Shown here one piece after another: positions 29,802 through 39,230 of a stretch of 64,000 nt of DNA (positions are counted from its first letter, which is position 1; every line of letters begins with the position of its first letter). The notes below the pieces were generated by a model that worked only from the letters and a program-made list of their open reading frames with translations, made no database searches and was not told where the DNA came from. Both the position numbers and the translations under genes were made by a program. Source of the stretch: Polyangiaceae bacterium (lineage in GTDB: Bacteria; Myxococcota_A; Polyangia; Polyangiales; Polyangiaceae); NCBI GenBank assembly GCA_033763455.1, contig JANRKO010000043.1, positions 133,512 through 197,511 of the forward strand. Reading direction: 5' to 3'.

Positions 29802-30866
29802 ATGAGCCAGAAACGCGATTATTACGAAGTCCTCGGGGTACAACAGGGGGCCAGTGCCGACGAAATTCGGAAGGCGTACCGTCAGAACGCGCTGAAGTTC
29901 CATCCAGATCGCAATCCTGGGGACGCTGAGGCTGAGGCGAAGTTCAAGGAAGCCACAGAAGCCTATTCTGTGCTTTCAGACGACCAGAAGCGCGCCCAAT
30001 ACGATCGCTTTGGCCACGCCGCGGAAATGGGCGGCGGGTTTGATGGCGGGATGGGGGATGTGCTGAGCCAATTTCAGGACATGTTCTCAGACTTTTTTGG
30101 GGGGTTTGGGGGGAACGGAGGTTCCCGCCGGCGCCAACCGGAACGGGGCCGGGACGTAGGGGTCGAGGTGGAGCTCACCCTGGCCGAGGCCATGACGGGC
30201 TGCAAAAAGGAAATCACGGTCGTGGGCGCGGCCCCCTGCGAAACCTGTGCGGGCTCGGGAGCAAAGCCAGGCACCAAACCTCAGCCGTGTGTTCAATGTG
30301 GTGGTGCAGGCCAGGTTGCGACGCAGCGAGGGTTCATCATGTTCCAAACCACCTGTCCGCGCTGTCGCGGCGGTGGCGTGGTCATTTCCGATAAGTGTGA
30401 AAGTTGTGCGGGGCGCGGCAGTGTCGAAAGGCGGAGCAAGGTTTTAGTTTCTTTCCCTGCGGGGATTGATGCCGGGCAGCGGTTGCGCGTTCCTGCTCAG
30501 GGCATGCCTGGGGTGGCGGGCACGGCCCCGGGGGATCTTTATGTGGACGTGAGCCTGACGCCGCATGATACGTTTCAGCGCGAAGGAGCCGATCTCGCAA
30601 CGCGCCGTGAGGTTTCGTTTGCTCAAGCCGCGCTTGGTACCAGCATTCCGGTGGTGTTGCCGGACGGATCGGAGCTAGAGGTGGACATCAAGGCTGGGAC
30701 GCAGCCTGGCACGGTGTTGCACCTGCGCGGTCAGGGTGTGCGCTTTGTAGACGGTGGGGGCCGTGGAGATCTACACGTAGTGGTGGGTGTTCGGGTGCCT
30801 ACGTCGCTTAGCCGCAAAGCAAAAAAGCTGCTCGCTGAGTTCGAGGCTGAGCTCGACGCGAAGTAG
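29802..30866 (+). CDS. dnaJ: Chaperone DnaJ
   Basis: [13 protein letters not shown]-rich region, four CxxCxGxG repeats. Confidence 0.97.
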   Translation: MSQKRDYYEVLGVQQGASADEIRKAYRQNALKFHPDRNPGDAEAEAKFKEATEAYSVLSDDQKRAQYDRFGHAAEMGGGFDGGMGDVLSQFQDMFSDFFGGFGGNGGSRRRQPERGRDVGVEVELTLAEAMTGCKKEITVVGAAPCETCAGSGAKPGTKPQPCVQCGGAGQVATQRGFIMFQTTCPRCRGGGVVISDKCESCAGRGSVERRSKVLVSFPAGIDAGQRLRVPAQGMPGVAGTAPGDLYVDVSLTPHDTFQREGADLATRREVSFAQAALGTSIPVVLPDGSELEVDIKAGTQPGTVLHLRGQGVRFVDGGGRGDLHVVVGVRVPTSLSRKAKKLLAEFEAELDAK

Positions 30867-30911
30867 GAGCGAGCGCCATCGCGCCTGAGCCGTTCTCGGT
30901 GCCGCGGCGTG

Positions 30912-32219
30912 TTAGAGCCCGGCTGCAAGCGCTGTAAGTGACTCTAAGGTAAGCGCGAAGTCCGCACTCTCTTCAGGGCCTTGTGTGACGAACGCGTCGA
31001 TAGACGGCTTGGCCAAAATGGCGCGGTCCAATGCGCGATCAGTCCCCGTTTCGTAAGCGCCGAGCGTGATTACGTCGCGGTGCGCCTCGTATCTCGCGAT
31101 GCTGGCGCGTACGGCTTCAGCTGCTTTGAGGTGCGCTTTTGTTACCACTTTTGGCATCACGCGTGAGAGCGAATGGGGCACATCTACCGCAGGGTAATGG
31201 CCGCGTGCGGCCAAGGCTCGGTTCAAGATAATGTGGCCATCCACGATGCCGCGCACTTCGTCGGAGATGGGCTCCTCCATATCGCCACCCTCCACAAGCA
31301 CGGCATAAATAGCCGAAATCGACCCTGTGGATCCCTGGCCGCTGCGTTCCAAAAGCCGCGGTAACATGGTGAACACGCTCGGCGGAAAGCCTCGCCGTGC
31401 GGGAGGCTCACCCGCTGCAAGCCCTATTTCGCGCTGCGCACGTGCAACCCGTGTAATCGAATCCACGAGCAACAGCACATTCTTTCCCGCGTCACGGAAG
31501 AACTCTGCCAAAGCTGTGGCCACTTGGGCCGCGCGCAAGCGCTCGATGGGAGGCGCATCGCTAGTGGCTACGACGACCACTGCACGCTCACGGCCCAGCG
31601 CTCCCAGTGAGTTGTCTAAGAATTCCTGCACTTCGCGCCCGCGTTCTCCCACGAGGGCGACCACAGTAACATCCGCGCTGGTGCCGCGCGCCATCGCCCC
31701 AAGCAGGAGACTTTTCCCAACGCCCGAGCCCGCAAACAAACCAATCCGCTGCCCTACGCCTAGCGTTAACAGGCTGTCGACTACGCGGACTCCGGTGGCA
31801 AGGGGAGCGCACACCGGGCTTCGCAAGAGGGGATTGGGGGGTGCGCGATCTACGGGCACAGGCACGAGGCCACTCGGGAGTTTGGAACCATCCAGCGGGC
31901 GTCCTAGACCGTCCAAAACCCAACCAAGCAGCGCTTCTCCCGCTTGCACCATGAGCCCCTCCCCGGTGCCCTCCACTTCATCGTCGATCCCAACGCCGAC
32001 CACGTCACCGACAGGCACCGTGATGGCGGTGCCGGAATCAAACCCCACAATCTCTGCGGCGAGCGTGCCTTTTGAACGGCGAATGAGCACAACGTCGCCG
32101 ATGCGGGCGCCCGGTAGCGTGATTCGTACGGTCATTCCCGTGACGCCCACCACTCGGCCTTTGGCCCGAAGTGCCTGCGATTCGGCCAACTTGGCTCGAA
32201 GGAGCTCGAGATCCACCAT
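30912..32219 (-). CDS. FliI/YscN (SctN) type III export ATPase
   Basis: GQRIGLFAGSGVGKS, GERGREV, DSITRVARAQREIGLAAGEPP, LPRLLERSG, DEVRGIVDGH. Confidence 0.92.
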   Translation of the reverse strand: MVDLELLRAKLAESQALRAKGRVVGVTGMTVRITLPGARIGDVVLIRRSKGTLAAEIVGFDSGTAITVPVGDVVGVGIDDEVEGTGEGLMVQAGEALLGWVLDGLGRPLDGSKLPSGLVPVPVDRAPPNPLLRSPVCAPLATGVRVVDSLLTLGVGQRIGLFAGSGVGKSLLLGAMARGTSADVTVVALVGERGREVQEFLDNSLGALGRERAVVVVATSDAPPIERLRAAQVATALAEFFRDAGKNVLLLVDSITRVARAQREIGLAAGEPPARRGFPPSVFTMLPRLLERSGQGSTGSISAIYAVLVEGGDMEEPISDEVRGIVDGHIILNRALAARGHYPAVDVPHSLSRVMPKVVTKAHLKAAEAVRASIARYEAHRDVITLGAYETGTDRALDRAILAKPSIDAFVTQGPEESADFALTLESLTALAAGL

Positions 32220-32328
32220 CGTGTGCGCACCAGCCGTAACCCGCTCTGGTCAGCTGAGCAAGCCTTTGCGCCCTACTTTGAGCCGCCAAACTTGCCACGG
32301 CACTCGGTCTGGTGAGACCCTGTGTGCC

Positions 32329-32991
32329 GTGCGAGTGGCTAACAACACAGTTTGGGTTCCTGCATTTTGTCTCGCTTTTTCCGCATGCAACGCATCCTTG
32401 CAAGGAGATGCTGCCGCCAAGGTGGAGATCGCCAATGCGCCAGCTGACGAAGTGGAAGGCGCTGCCTCCAGGCGTTTCGGCGCCGCAGATGCTCAGGTTG
32501 TAACAGACGGCGAACTATCGCCAACTAATCGAGACGCCTACACTTCTGCCCCCGGAACCGCTTTGATCGGGGCTCGGCACGATCTCAAGCTCGCTGAAGG
32601 AGGTAAGCGGACTGCGTGCGCGTGCGTTTCTGCAGCGCTTGGCCAAGCGGCGGACCCGGCGTTTCAGTGGTCGGGTGAAAGAGCCAACACCGACCCCAAC
32701 GTACAGCTCACGCTGGCGCTGAGCGGTGAGGCGGTAGCCTGCAAAGGTGAGCCCGCTGGTAGCCTTGGCCCTTCCTATTGGGGCTTTCGTTGGGAGGGTG
32801 CCGATCTGGTGGTGCTGCTTGAGTCCGCGACCGTGGGCAAGCCCGTTACGAGTGGTGCGGTCTTGCCGCGACCCAAAGCTGGCGGTCAGGTATATCTGGC
32901 GCCCGTCGACCCCAACCTTCCTTACGGCAAAGCGCTCAACGGTGGCGGTGATCGCTGCCTTCTTGGGAACCCGGGCGGGAAAGCGCGCTAG
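32329..32991 (+). CDS. Hypothetical lipoprotein (true start within the longer 31327 ORF, approximate)
   Basis: LAFSAC lipobox; C-terminal domain with GARHDL, C.C, SYWG. Confidence 0.6.
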   Translation: MRVANNTVWVPAFCLAFSACNASLQGDAAAKVEIANAPADEVEGAASRRFGAADAQVVTDGELSPTNRDAYTSAPGTALIGARHDLKLAEGGKRTACACVSAALGQAADPAFQWSGERANTDPNVQLTLALSGEAVACKGEPAGSLGPSYWGFRWEGADLVVLLESATVGKPVTSGAVLPRPKAGGQVYLAPVDPNLPYGKALNGGGDRCLLGNPGGKAR

Positions 32992-32994
32992 GCC

Positions 32995-34014
32995 ATGAAG
33001 TACCGTTATTTAGGCCAAACGGGCCTTGCAGTTTCCCGCGTATGCCTCGGCACAATGACCTTTGGGCAGGAAGGCTGGGGTTGCGACGAATCTACAGCGA
33101 ATGAAATCTTGCGGACTTTCTTAGAACAAGGTGGCAACTTCATCGACACAGCAGATGTGTATTCCAATGGAGCTAGCGAACAGATTTTGGGGAGGGCCCT
33201 GAAGGATCTGAAGCGCGATGAGCTGGTGATAGCGTCTAAAGGGTTCTTTCGGCGCGGCCCCACCGCTCTCCAGCGGGGCTTGTCGCGCAAGCACATAATC
33301 TCCGCCTGCGAGGCGAGCCTTCGTCGGCTTAATACCGATTATCTGGATCTTTACCAAATCCACGGCCCTGATCCACAAACGCCCATCGAAGAAACACTCC
33401 GTGCGTTGGATGACCTCGTTCGGCAGGGCAAGGTGCGTTACATTGGCTGCAGCAATCTGTTCGCTTGGCAAATAGTTCAAGCGAATCTATTGGCACGCCA
33501 GCAAGGTTTAACGGAGTTTTGCTCGGCCCAGCACCTCTTCAATCTCATTACGCGCGACGTGGAGCGCGAAATCTTGCCGGCTTGCCGCAACATGGGCCTG
33601 GGCATGATCTGTTGGAGCCCTATGGCGGGCGGCATGTTGAGCGGTAAATATGCTCCTGCGGAAGCGCCTCTTGCGGGATCGCGGATCGCGCTGCGCGCGC
33701 AGGCTGAAGTGCCTCGCTTTTGGCACGAGCGGGGGTTTCGGATAACTTCCGGGCTGCGCGAGGTTGCAACGCGGCTTTCAGAGTCACCACAGTTGTTGGC
33801 TCTGGCGTGGCTCCTGGCAACGCCTGGTGTCACCGCTGTAATCGCCGGAGTGCGAGACGCCGCGCAGATGCTTGAGAACTGCAAGGCAGGTAGTTACGAG
33901 CTTCCGCCTCAAGTGTGGGAAGAGTTGGATAGGTTGGCGGAATTTGACCGCGGTTACCCGGCCACCTGGATTGCACTCAACGCGACGCCGCAGTTTCAGG
34001 ACGTCGAGCGCTGA
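32995..34014 (+). CDS. Aldo/keto reductase
   Basis: LGTMTFG, NFIDTADVY, DYLDLYQIH, GKVRYIGCSN, WSPMAGG.LSGKY. Confidence 0.93.
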   Translation: MKYRYLGQTGLAVSRVCLGTMTFGQEGWGCDESTANEILRTFLEQGGNFIDTADVYSNGASEQILGRALKDLKRDELVIASKGFFRRGPTALQRGLSRKHIISACEASLRRLNTDYLDLYQIHGPDPQTPIEETLRALDDLVRQGKVRYIGCSNLFAWQIVQANLLARQQGLTEFCSAQHLFNLITRDVEREILPACRNMGLGMICWSPMAGGMLSGKYAPAEAPLAGSRIALRAQAEVPRFWHERGFRITSGLREVATRLSESPQLLALAWLLATPGVTAVIAGVRDAAQMLENCKAGSYELPPQVWEELDRLAEFDRGYPATWIALNATPQFQDVER

Positions 34015-34047
34015 GGCGCGGTTGATGTGCTAGCCTTCGGGAAGAAT

Positions 34048-34764
34048 ATGCGTCGCAGCTTGGTGTGGTTGTTCCTACTGGCAGGGTGCGGATTCGGGGC
34101 ATCGCATTGCTCAGGCAAGGATGAGTCCGCGCTCGGCGTGCCCAACAACGCAGGCGGTGTATCGGCCTCCGGTGGGAAGAGCGGTGCGGGAGGTATGGGC
34201 GGTAGCCAAGCTGGTCTTGGAGGGTTGGGCGGCACTCCTTTGGGTGCGGGCGGTTCAGCAGCAGGGCAGGCGGGCGCGGCAACAGGTATCGGGGGCGCTC
34301 AGGCGGGCGCGAGTGGTTATTCTGGAATGGCCGGTGCTGGCAACGGTGGTGCCGCGGGCATGGCGGGTTCCGCTGCGCAACAAATCGAGGGCAGTGGCAC
34401 GTGTTCCGCTAAGGACGGTTGCTTTTTGACCTGTGCCGCCGCCACGCCTTCAACCTGCACCCAAGCTTGCGACCAGCAATCGATATGCAACGGCACTTGC
34501 GAAAAGGGAGGATGCACGAGCGCGTGCCGGCAGAACGCTACATGTAACTTTGGGTGCGCTGGAGGTGGGTGCAATGTCGAGTGCACGGAAAGCTCGCAGT
34601 GCACGGCTACTTGTGCCGGTGGCGGATGCCAAATGGCGTGTAGGGCGGGAGCGTCTTGTGCTTTCAATTGCCCCGGTGGTGGCTGCACATTTAGCTGCGC
34701 GGACGCCGGGCGCTGCACCACCACGTGCAGCACAGAACCCGGTAAGGCGTGCACGGGGCCGTAG
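34048..34764 (+). CDS. Exported Gly-rich / Cys-repeat protein
   Basis: Signal peptide, Gly/Ala linker, tandem C-x3-C-x-GG-x-C repeats. Confidence 0.75.
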   Translation: MRRSLVWLFLLAGCGFGASHCSGKDESALGVPNNAGGVSASGGKSGAGGMGGSQAGLGGLGGTPLGAGGSAAGQAGAATGIGGAQAGASGYSGMAGAGNGGAAGMAGSAAQQIEGSGTCSAKDGCFLTCAAATPSTCTQACDQQSICNGTCEKGGCTSACRQNATCNFGCAGGGCNVECTESSQCTATCAGGGCQMACRAGASCAFNCPGGGCTFSCADAGRCTTTCSTEPGKACTGP

Positions 34765-34845
34765 CTCCCGCGTAATGTTCCCGAGGCCTTGAAGGGCAAA
34801 GCGAAAGCGAGTGCCCCACCGACAAGGGGGAACTGCGCCTACCCT

Positions 34846-34870
34846 AATCTTGACTATATCAGTAGAGATT
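34846..34870. promoter_or_regulatory. Rrf2/IscR-type-1-like operator (box 1)
   Basis: AATCTTGACTATATCAGTAGAGATT resembles ATASYYGACTRWWWYAGTCRRSTAT. Confidence 0.55.
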
Positions 34871-34956
34871 GTGTGGCTGGGGGAAAAGAGCCGTGCCCTG
34901 AAGCCTCAACATGGGCAATTTGACGCGACTTCTCAGGTGGCTCAGACTATGTCCAG

Positions 34957-34981
34957 TTATCCGACAGACTTAGTCAAGAAT
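34957..34981. promoter_or_regulatory. Rrf2/IscR-type-1-like operator (box 2)
   Basis: TTATCCGACAGACTTAGTCAAGAAT, 10 bp before the TauE start. Confidence 0.55.
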
Positions 34982-34991
34982 AGGGACCACG

Positions 34992-35918
34992 ATGAATTTT
35001 GACCCCGCGATCAGTTTTGCCGGACTCTTGGTTGGCTTCGTCGTGGGGCTCACAGGAATGGGTGGCGGGGCGCTGATGACGCCGGTGCTAGTGATCCTGT
35101 TCAAGATCCACCCGCTGGCTGCCGTGTCGAGCGATCTTGTGGCCTCGCTCATTATGAAGCCCGTGGGCGCCGCCGTGCATATGAAGAAGGGGAAGGTGCA
35201 TTACGGCCTCGTGCGATGGCTCTTAATCGGCGCCGTGCCCACGGCGTTCGCAGGTGCCTGGTTGGCCAATCGGCTTTCGCGTGCGCACGACGTCGAAGAT
35301 GCCTTGAAGTTGGCTCTTGGGGTTGCGCTCTTGGTCGCAGTTGCCGCACTGAGTCTGAAGTCGGTGTTAAGCTATTCACGTAGTTCTAAGCCGGCGCTGC
35401 CAGATGCCCCATTACACGTGCGTCCGTGGGCAACTCTCATGATTGGGCTCGTCGGCGGCACCGTGGTGGGCATTACCTCTGTGGGCTCGGGCTCCCTCAT
35501 GATGGTGCTTCTGCTCTTGCTCTATCCAAGGCTCAAGGCTTCGGAGCTCGTGGGCACTGATTTGGTGCAGGCGGTGCCGCTCGTGGGCGCAGCCGCGTTC
35601 GGGCACCTCCTGTTCGGTGACGTACAGCTCGGGCTGACGTTTGCTCTCATCGTGGGGGCCATTCCCGGAGTTTACCTGGGAGCACGCCTCTCGGCGCGGG
35701 CACCGGACCACTACATTCGGCCGCCGCTGATGACTGTGCTGCTTGCCTCGGGGCTTAAGCTGCTGGGCGTGCCGTCACCAATCGTGGCCCTCGCTGCGGC
35801 GGTTGGGCTCGCGGGGCTAATAGCTTTGCAGCTAGCTACCCGGCGTCGTGAGCTGCCGGAGCCAGCTTCGATAAGCGTTGCCTCACCTGCAGCTCAGCTG
35901 GCCGACGGAAGTCCCTAG
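34992..35918 (+). CDS. Sulfite exporter TauE/SafE family
   Basis: VGLTGMGGGALMTP, AVSSDL, VGITSVGSGSLM, LVGTDLVQAVPL. Confidence 0.9.
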   Translation: MNFDPAISFAGLLVGFVVGLTGMGGGALMTPVLVILFKIHPLAAVSSDLVASLIMKPVGAAVHMKKGKVHYGLVRWLLIGAVPTAFAGAWLANRLSRAHDVEDALKLALGVALLVAVAALSLKSVLSYSRSSKPALPDAPLHVRPWATLMIGLVGGTVVGITSVGSGSLMMVLLLLLYPRLKASELVGTDLVQAVPLVGAAAFGHLLFGDVQLGLTFALIVGAIPGVYLGARLSARAPDHYIRPPLMTVLLASGLKLLGVPSPIVALAAAVGLAGLIALQLATRRRELPEPASISVASPAAQLADGSP

Positions 35919-36011
35919 CTCGGCTGAGAAAGCCCACTCCTCTGTTAGCAAAAGCCTGGATGAATTCGAGCATGGTCCACGCTTTGATCTTCGTGTTACC
36001 TTTGAAGGTCC

Positions 36012-36761
36012 ATGGCTCGACGCACTTTCGCCATCGGCGACATCCACGGAGAAACGGGGCATCTCTTCAAGTTGCTCGCATGTCTCCCCAAGCTTACAGC
36101 CGAAGATACCATTGTGTTCTTGGGTGATTACGTTGACCGCGGCCCCAATTCGGCGCAAGTTGTCGACTACATCCGTAACCTTCCCAAACAAACGCCCGCA
36201 AAGGTGGTGGCGCTTCGGGGCAACCACGAAGACGCTTGGTTGAGGGTGGTGGAAAAGGGCTGGGACGAATTCGTCTTACCCCCAGGAAACGGCTGCCTAG
36301 CTGTCTATCGCTCGTTTGTTGGCGGGCCGGTGCCGGCTGAAGGCGAGCGACCCAAAGCAGACGAAGAGATGATGTTGCGCACGGGGCAGTTTTACCCGGA
36401 CGACGTGGTGGATTGGTTTCAAAGCCTGCCGTATTGGTACGAAGACGAATTCGCGATTTACGTCCACGCTGGCCTGCCGCGCACGGAAACCGGCTTTTGC
36501 CATCCGAGCGAAGCGCCCCAACCCTTGGCGCTTTTGTGGATGCGCGATCAGCACTTCTTTACCAACTATCGCGGCAAGATGGTCGTGTTCGGGCACACGC
36601 GCACAGAATGTTTGCCCCAGGAGCTCTCAGGCTACACTCCGGAAGATCCCACCGATCTTTGGGCGGGTGAGAACGTGGTTGGCATTGATACAGGTTGTGG
36701 CAGCGGCGGGTTTCTGACGGCGTTAGAGTTGCCCAGCATGAACGTGTACGAGTCACGCTAA
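36012..36761 (+). CDS. Metallophosphoesterase (PPP Ser/Thr phosphatase-like)
   Basis: GDIHG, GDYVDRG, RGNHE, VHAG, FGHT, IDTG. Confidence 0.92.
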   Translation: MARRTFAIGDIHGETGHLFKLLACLPKLTAEDTIVFLGDYVDRGPNSAQVVDYIRNLPKQTPAKVVALRGNHEDAWLRVVEKGWDEFVLPPGNGCLAVYRSFVGGPVPAEGERPKADEEMMLRTGQFYPDDVVDWFQSLPYWYEDEFAIYVHAGLPRTETGFCHPSEAPQPLALLWMRDQHFFTNYRGKMVVFGHTRTECLPQELSGYTPEDPTDLWAGENVVGIDTGCGSGGFLTALELPSMNVYESR

Positions 36762-36822
36762 AGCCGGAAATCTAGGCAAGCGGGGCGAAAGAAGTTAGCA
36801 AGCCCTCGCGGGTGTGGAAGAG

Positions 36823-38037
36823 CTACGAAGCTTCGCTAGCGCGACCCGGGCGCACCAACATTCGAAGAGAGCTTAGGCCACACACGAATAGAAACGGGCC
36901 CGCCACCAGGCACATGGCTGGCAGCGCGCCGCCCGCTAGAGGTTCCGCCCAAATGGCGAGAAGGCCAAGGAGTGGTCCGATGGCAAAACCAAGCCCAATG
37001 AGCCCTTCGTGTGCGCCTCCGGCGTCTACCGAGGCATTGCGGACGACGAGTGCATACAAGAGGGCCGAGTAATACGTGAGCGCTGAGGCCACACCGAATA
37101 TGGTTTCTCCGAGGAGGGCAACGCTGAGGCTCGGTGCGAAGACTGAAAGGCCAAAACCGAGCGGCAGAGCTAACACCACACCGAGCAAGAGGAGCCGTTT
37201 GCCCTGCCACGCCGTGGAGAAGCCCAGGCTCGCGAAGGTGAGTACCCTTACAACATCCAGCCAAGATGCTGCGAGTGTGGACGCCTGAACGCTAAGCCCC
37301 AAGTCCGTGAACACCTGGGGCATGAGCGGCGCCATCAAGAACAGGAGCGAGTAGGATGCAAGCATGGACCACCGGCTGGCGATCAACAGCCGCTGGAACC
37401 CGGACAGAACGCTCTCTTTTGGGCGCTCCGGATGATCCGCGGCCAGATGCACCGGGCGGCTCGGCAAGAGGGTCAACAGGCTGAGGCCAATCACGTTGAT
37501 CGCTGCCGCCAGCCCGAATAGCCATGAAGGTGAATTGGCGGCAATCAGAGGGCCACTCACGGCAAGGCCGAGCGGCACGCTGATGGCCCAGCTCACATTG
37601 AAGTAACCGATCAAGCGGAACATCGCCCCCGGTGTGCGCCCCGCACTTACGAAGGTTTCAATCAGGGGCCACTTCATGCCCTGAAGCAGTGCAACCAGCG
37701 GAAAAAGTGCCACAATAGTGATGCTTGTGGGCTGATAGGTGAGCACCAAGTGAGTGCCAAGAAGCAGCAAAAGATTGATGAAAAGTACGCGGCGTTCGCC
37801 GAACCAGACCGCCAAGCGGTGGCTAGTGAGCGCTCCTACGACGTAAAACACGCCAAACGAAAACGCTACTCCCAGATTCTCAGATCTGGAAAAGCCAAAG
37901 CGCGAATGCGTGAAAAAATAGAGGCCGCGCTCAAGTAAGATGGTGCCGAGGCTCTCCACGAAGGTAAGCAGCAACGTGCCGGTTAGGGTACGCGCGGAGG
38001 TCCCTTGAGCAGCCTCTGCTGAGCTAACGTTGGTCAC
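36823..38037 (-). CDS. MFS-like transporter
   Basis: About 12 hydrophobic helices; HRLAVWFGERR motif-A-like loop. Confidence 0.75.
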   Translation of the reverse strand: MTNVSSAEAAQGTSARTLTGTLLLTFVESLGTILLERGLYFFTHSRFGFSRSENLGVAFSFGVFYVVGALTSHRLAVWFGERRVLFINLLLLLGTHLVLTYQPTSITIVALFPLVALLQGMKWPLIETFVSAGRTPGAMFRLIGYFNVSWAISVPLGLAVSGPLIAANSPSWLFGLAAAINVIGLSLLTLLPSRPVHLAADHPERPKESVLSGFQRLLIASRWSMLASYSLLFLMAPLMPQVFTDLGLSVQASTLAASWLDVVRVLTFASLGFSTAWQGKRLLLLGVVLALPLGFGLSVFAPSLSVALLGETIFGVASALTYYSALLYALVVRNASVDAGGAHEGLIGLGFAIGPLLGLLAIWAEPLAGGALPAMCLVAGPFLFVCGLSSLRMLVRPGRASEAS

Positions 38038-38087
38038 TTGAGCTCACTCACCAGGGGCATGCCCCAGAGACACGCCCCAGAGGAGGG

Positions 38088-39230
38088 TCAAGAAAGGCGA
38101 CTTTTATAATCTTCGTAGCCAAAGCGCCGCACCACGTTAAGCTTTTTGGTTTTGGCATCCACCAACGTAATGGAGGGTAACCGCACGCCATTGAACGTTG
38201 TGGTCTTCACCATGCTGTAGTGGGCCATATCCGTAAACACCAAGCGATCACCCACCTTGAGCGGCTCGGGAAATGAATAATCACCGATGATGTCGCCGGC
38301 AAGGCAGGTAAGGCCGCCGAGGCGGTAGCGGTGTGGGTGCGTTTCGGCCGGAAATGCTCCGATAATTTCGGGTCGGTATGGCATTTCGATCACGTCCGGC
38401 ATGTGCGCGTTCGCCGAAGTATCCAAAAGGGCGATGCGGCCGTCGTTGTCGATAATGTCGAGCACTTCGGCCACTAGGTACCCTGTGTTCAACGCTACAG
38501 CTTCACCCGGTTCGAGATAAACTTGCACTTGGTGCCGATCTTGAAAGCGCTTGATGAGGCCTTCGAGGCGAGGAATATCGTAGTCCGGCCGGGTGATGTG
38601 GTGGCCTCCCCCGAAGTTTACCCACTTCATCTGGCCCAGAATGCCGGCGCACTTGGTTTCAAACACAGAAAGCGTGCGCTCAAGGGCGTCCGAATTACTT
38701 TGGCAGAGGGCGTGAAAGTGCAGCCCATCGACGCCCGAAAGATCTGCCTCCAGAAGTGACTTTGCCGTGGTACCCAAGCGTGACCTTCTGGCGCAAGGGT
38801 CATACATCTCAACGTGCACCTCGGAGTGTTCGGGGTTCACGCGGATCCCAGCTTCAACGCGCGTTGGCCGTGCATTGAGCTTGCCCCGGAAGCGGGACCA
38901 CTGTGCTACCGAGTTGAAAACGATGTGATCGGCTAGAGTTACTAACTCTTCGATGTGCGCTTCCGAATACGCGGGTGCGTAGGCATGGACCTCGCCTCCA
39001 AATTCTTCGCGCCCGAGCCGCGCTTCGTCTACTGAACTGGCGGTAATCCCCTTCAAGTAGCGCATAATGAGCGGCGCGGCGCTCCACAGCGCAAAGCCCT
39101 TCAGGGCGAGCAGGATCTTGGCGCCCGTGCGTTCCTGTACGCGCGCGAGCGTCTCAAGATTCTGCTCCAAGAGCCCCAAATCACAGACGAAGCTTGGGCT
39201 CTCTACGTCATGCGGGTCAAAGCTCAACAT
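38088..39230 (-). CDS. nspC: Carboxynorspermidine decarboxylase
   Basis: LLALKGF, YDPCA..SRLG, GLHFH, NFGGGHHIT, EPGEA, HMPDVIEMPYRP, CLAGD, KTTTFNG. Confidence 0.95.
   Translation of the reverse strand: MLSFDPHDVESPSFVCDLGLLEQNLETLARVQERTGAKILLALKGFALWSAAPLIMRYLKGITASSVDEARLGREEFGGEVHAYAPAYSEAHIEELVTLADHIVFNSVAQWSRFRGKLNARPTRVEAGIRVNPEHSEVHVEMYDPCARRSRLGTTAKSLLEADLSGVDGLHFHALCQSNSDALERTLSVFETKCAGILGQMKWVNFGGGHHITRPDYDIPRLEGLIKRFQDRHQVQVYLEPGEAVALNTGYLVAEVLDIIDNDGRIALLDTSANAHMPDVIEMPYRPEIIGAFPAETHPHRYRLGGLTCLAGDIIGDYSFPEPLKVGDRLVFTDMAHYSMVKTTTFNGVRLPSITLVDAKTKKLNVVRRFGYEDYKSRLS

Noticed and set aside
31327..32328. N-terminal 334 aa of the 554-aa ORF 31327-32991
   Set aside because: Antisense shadow of the FliI/SctN gene; only the C-terminal lipoprotein part looks real.
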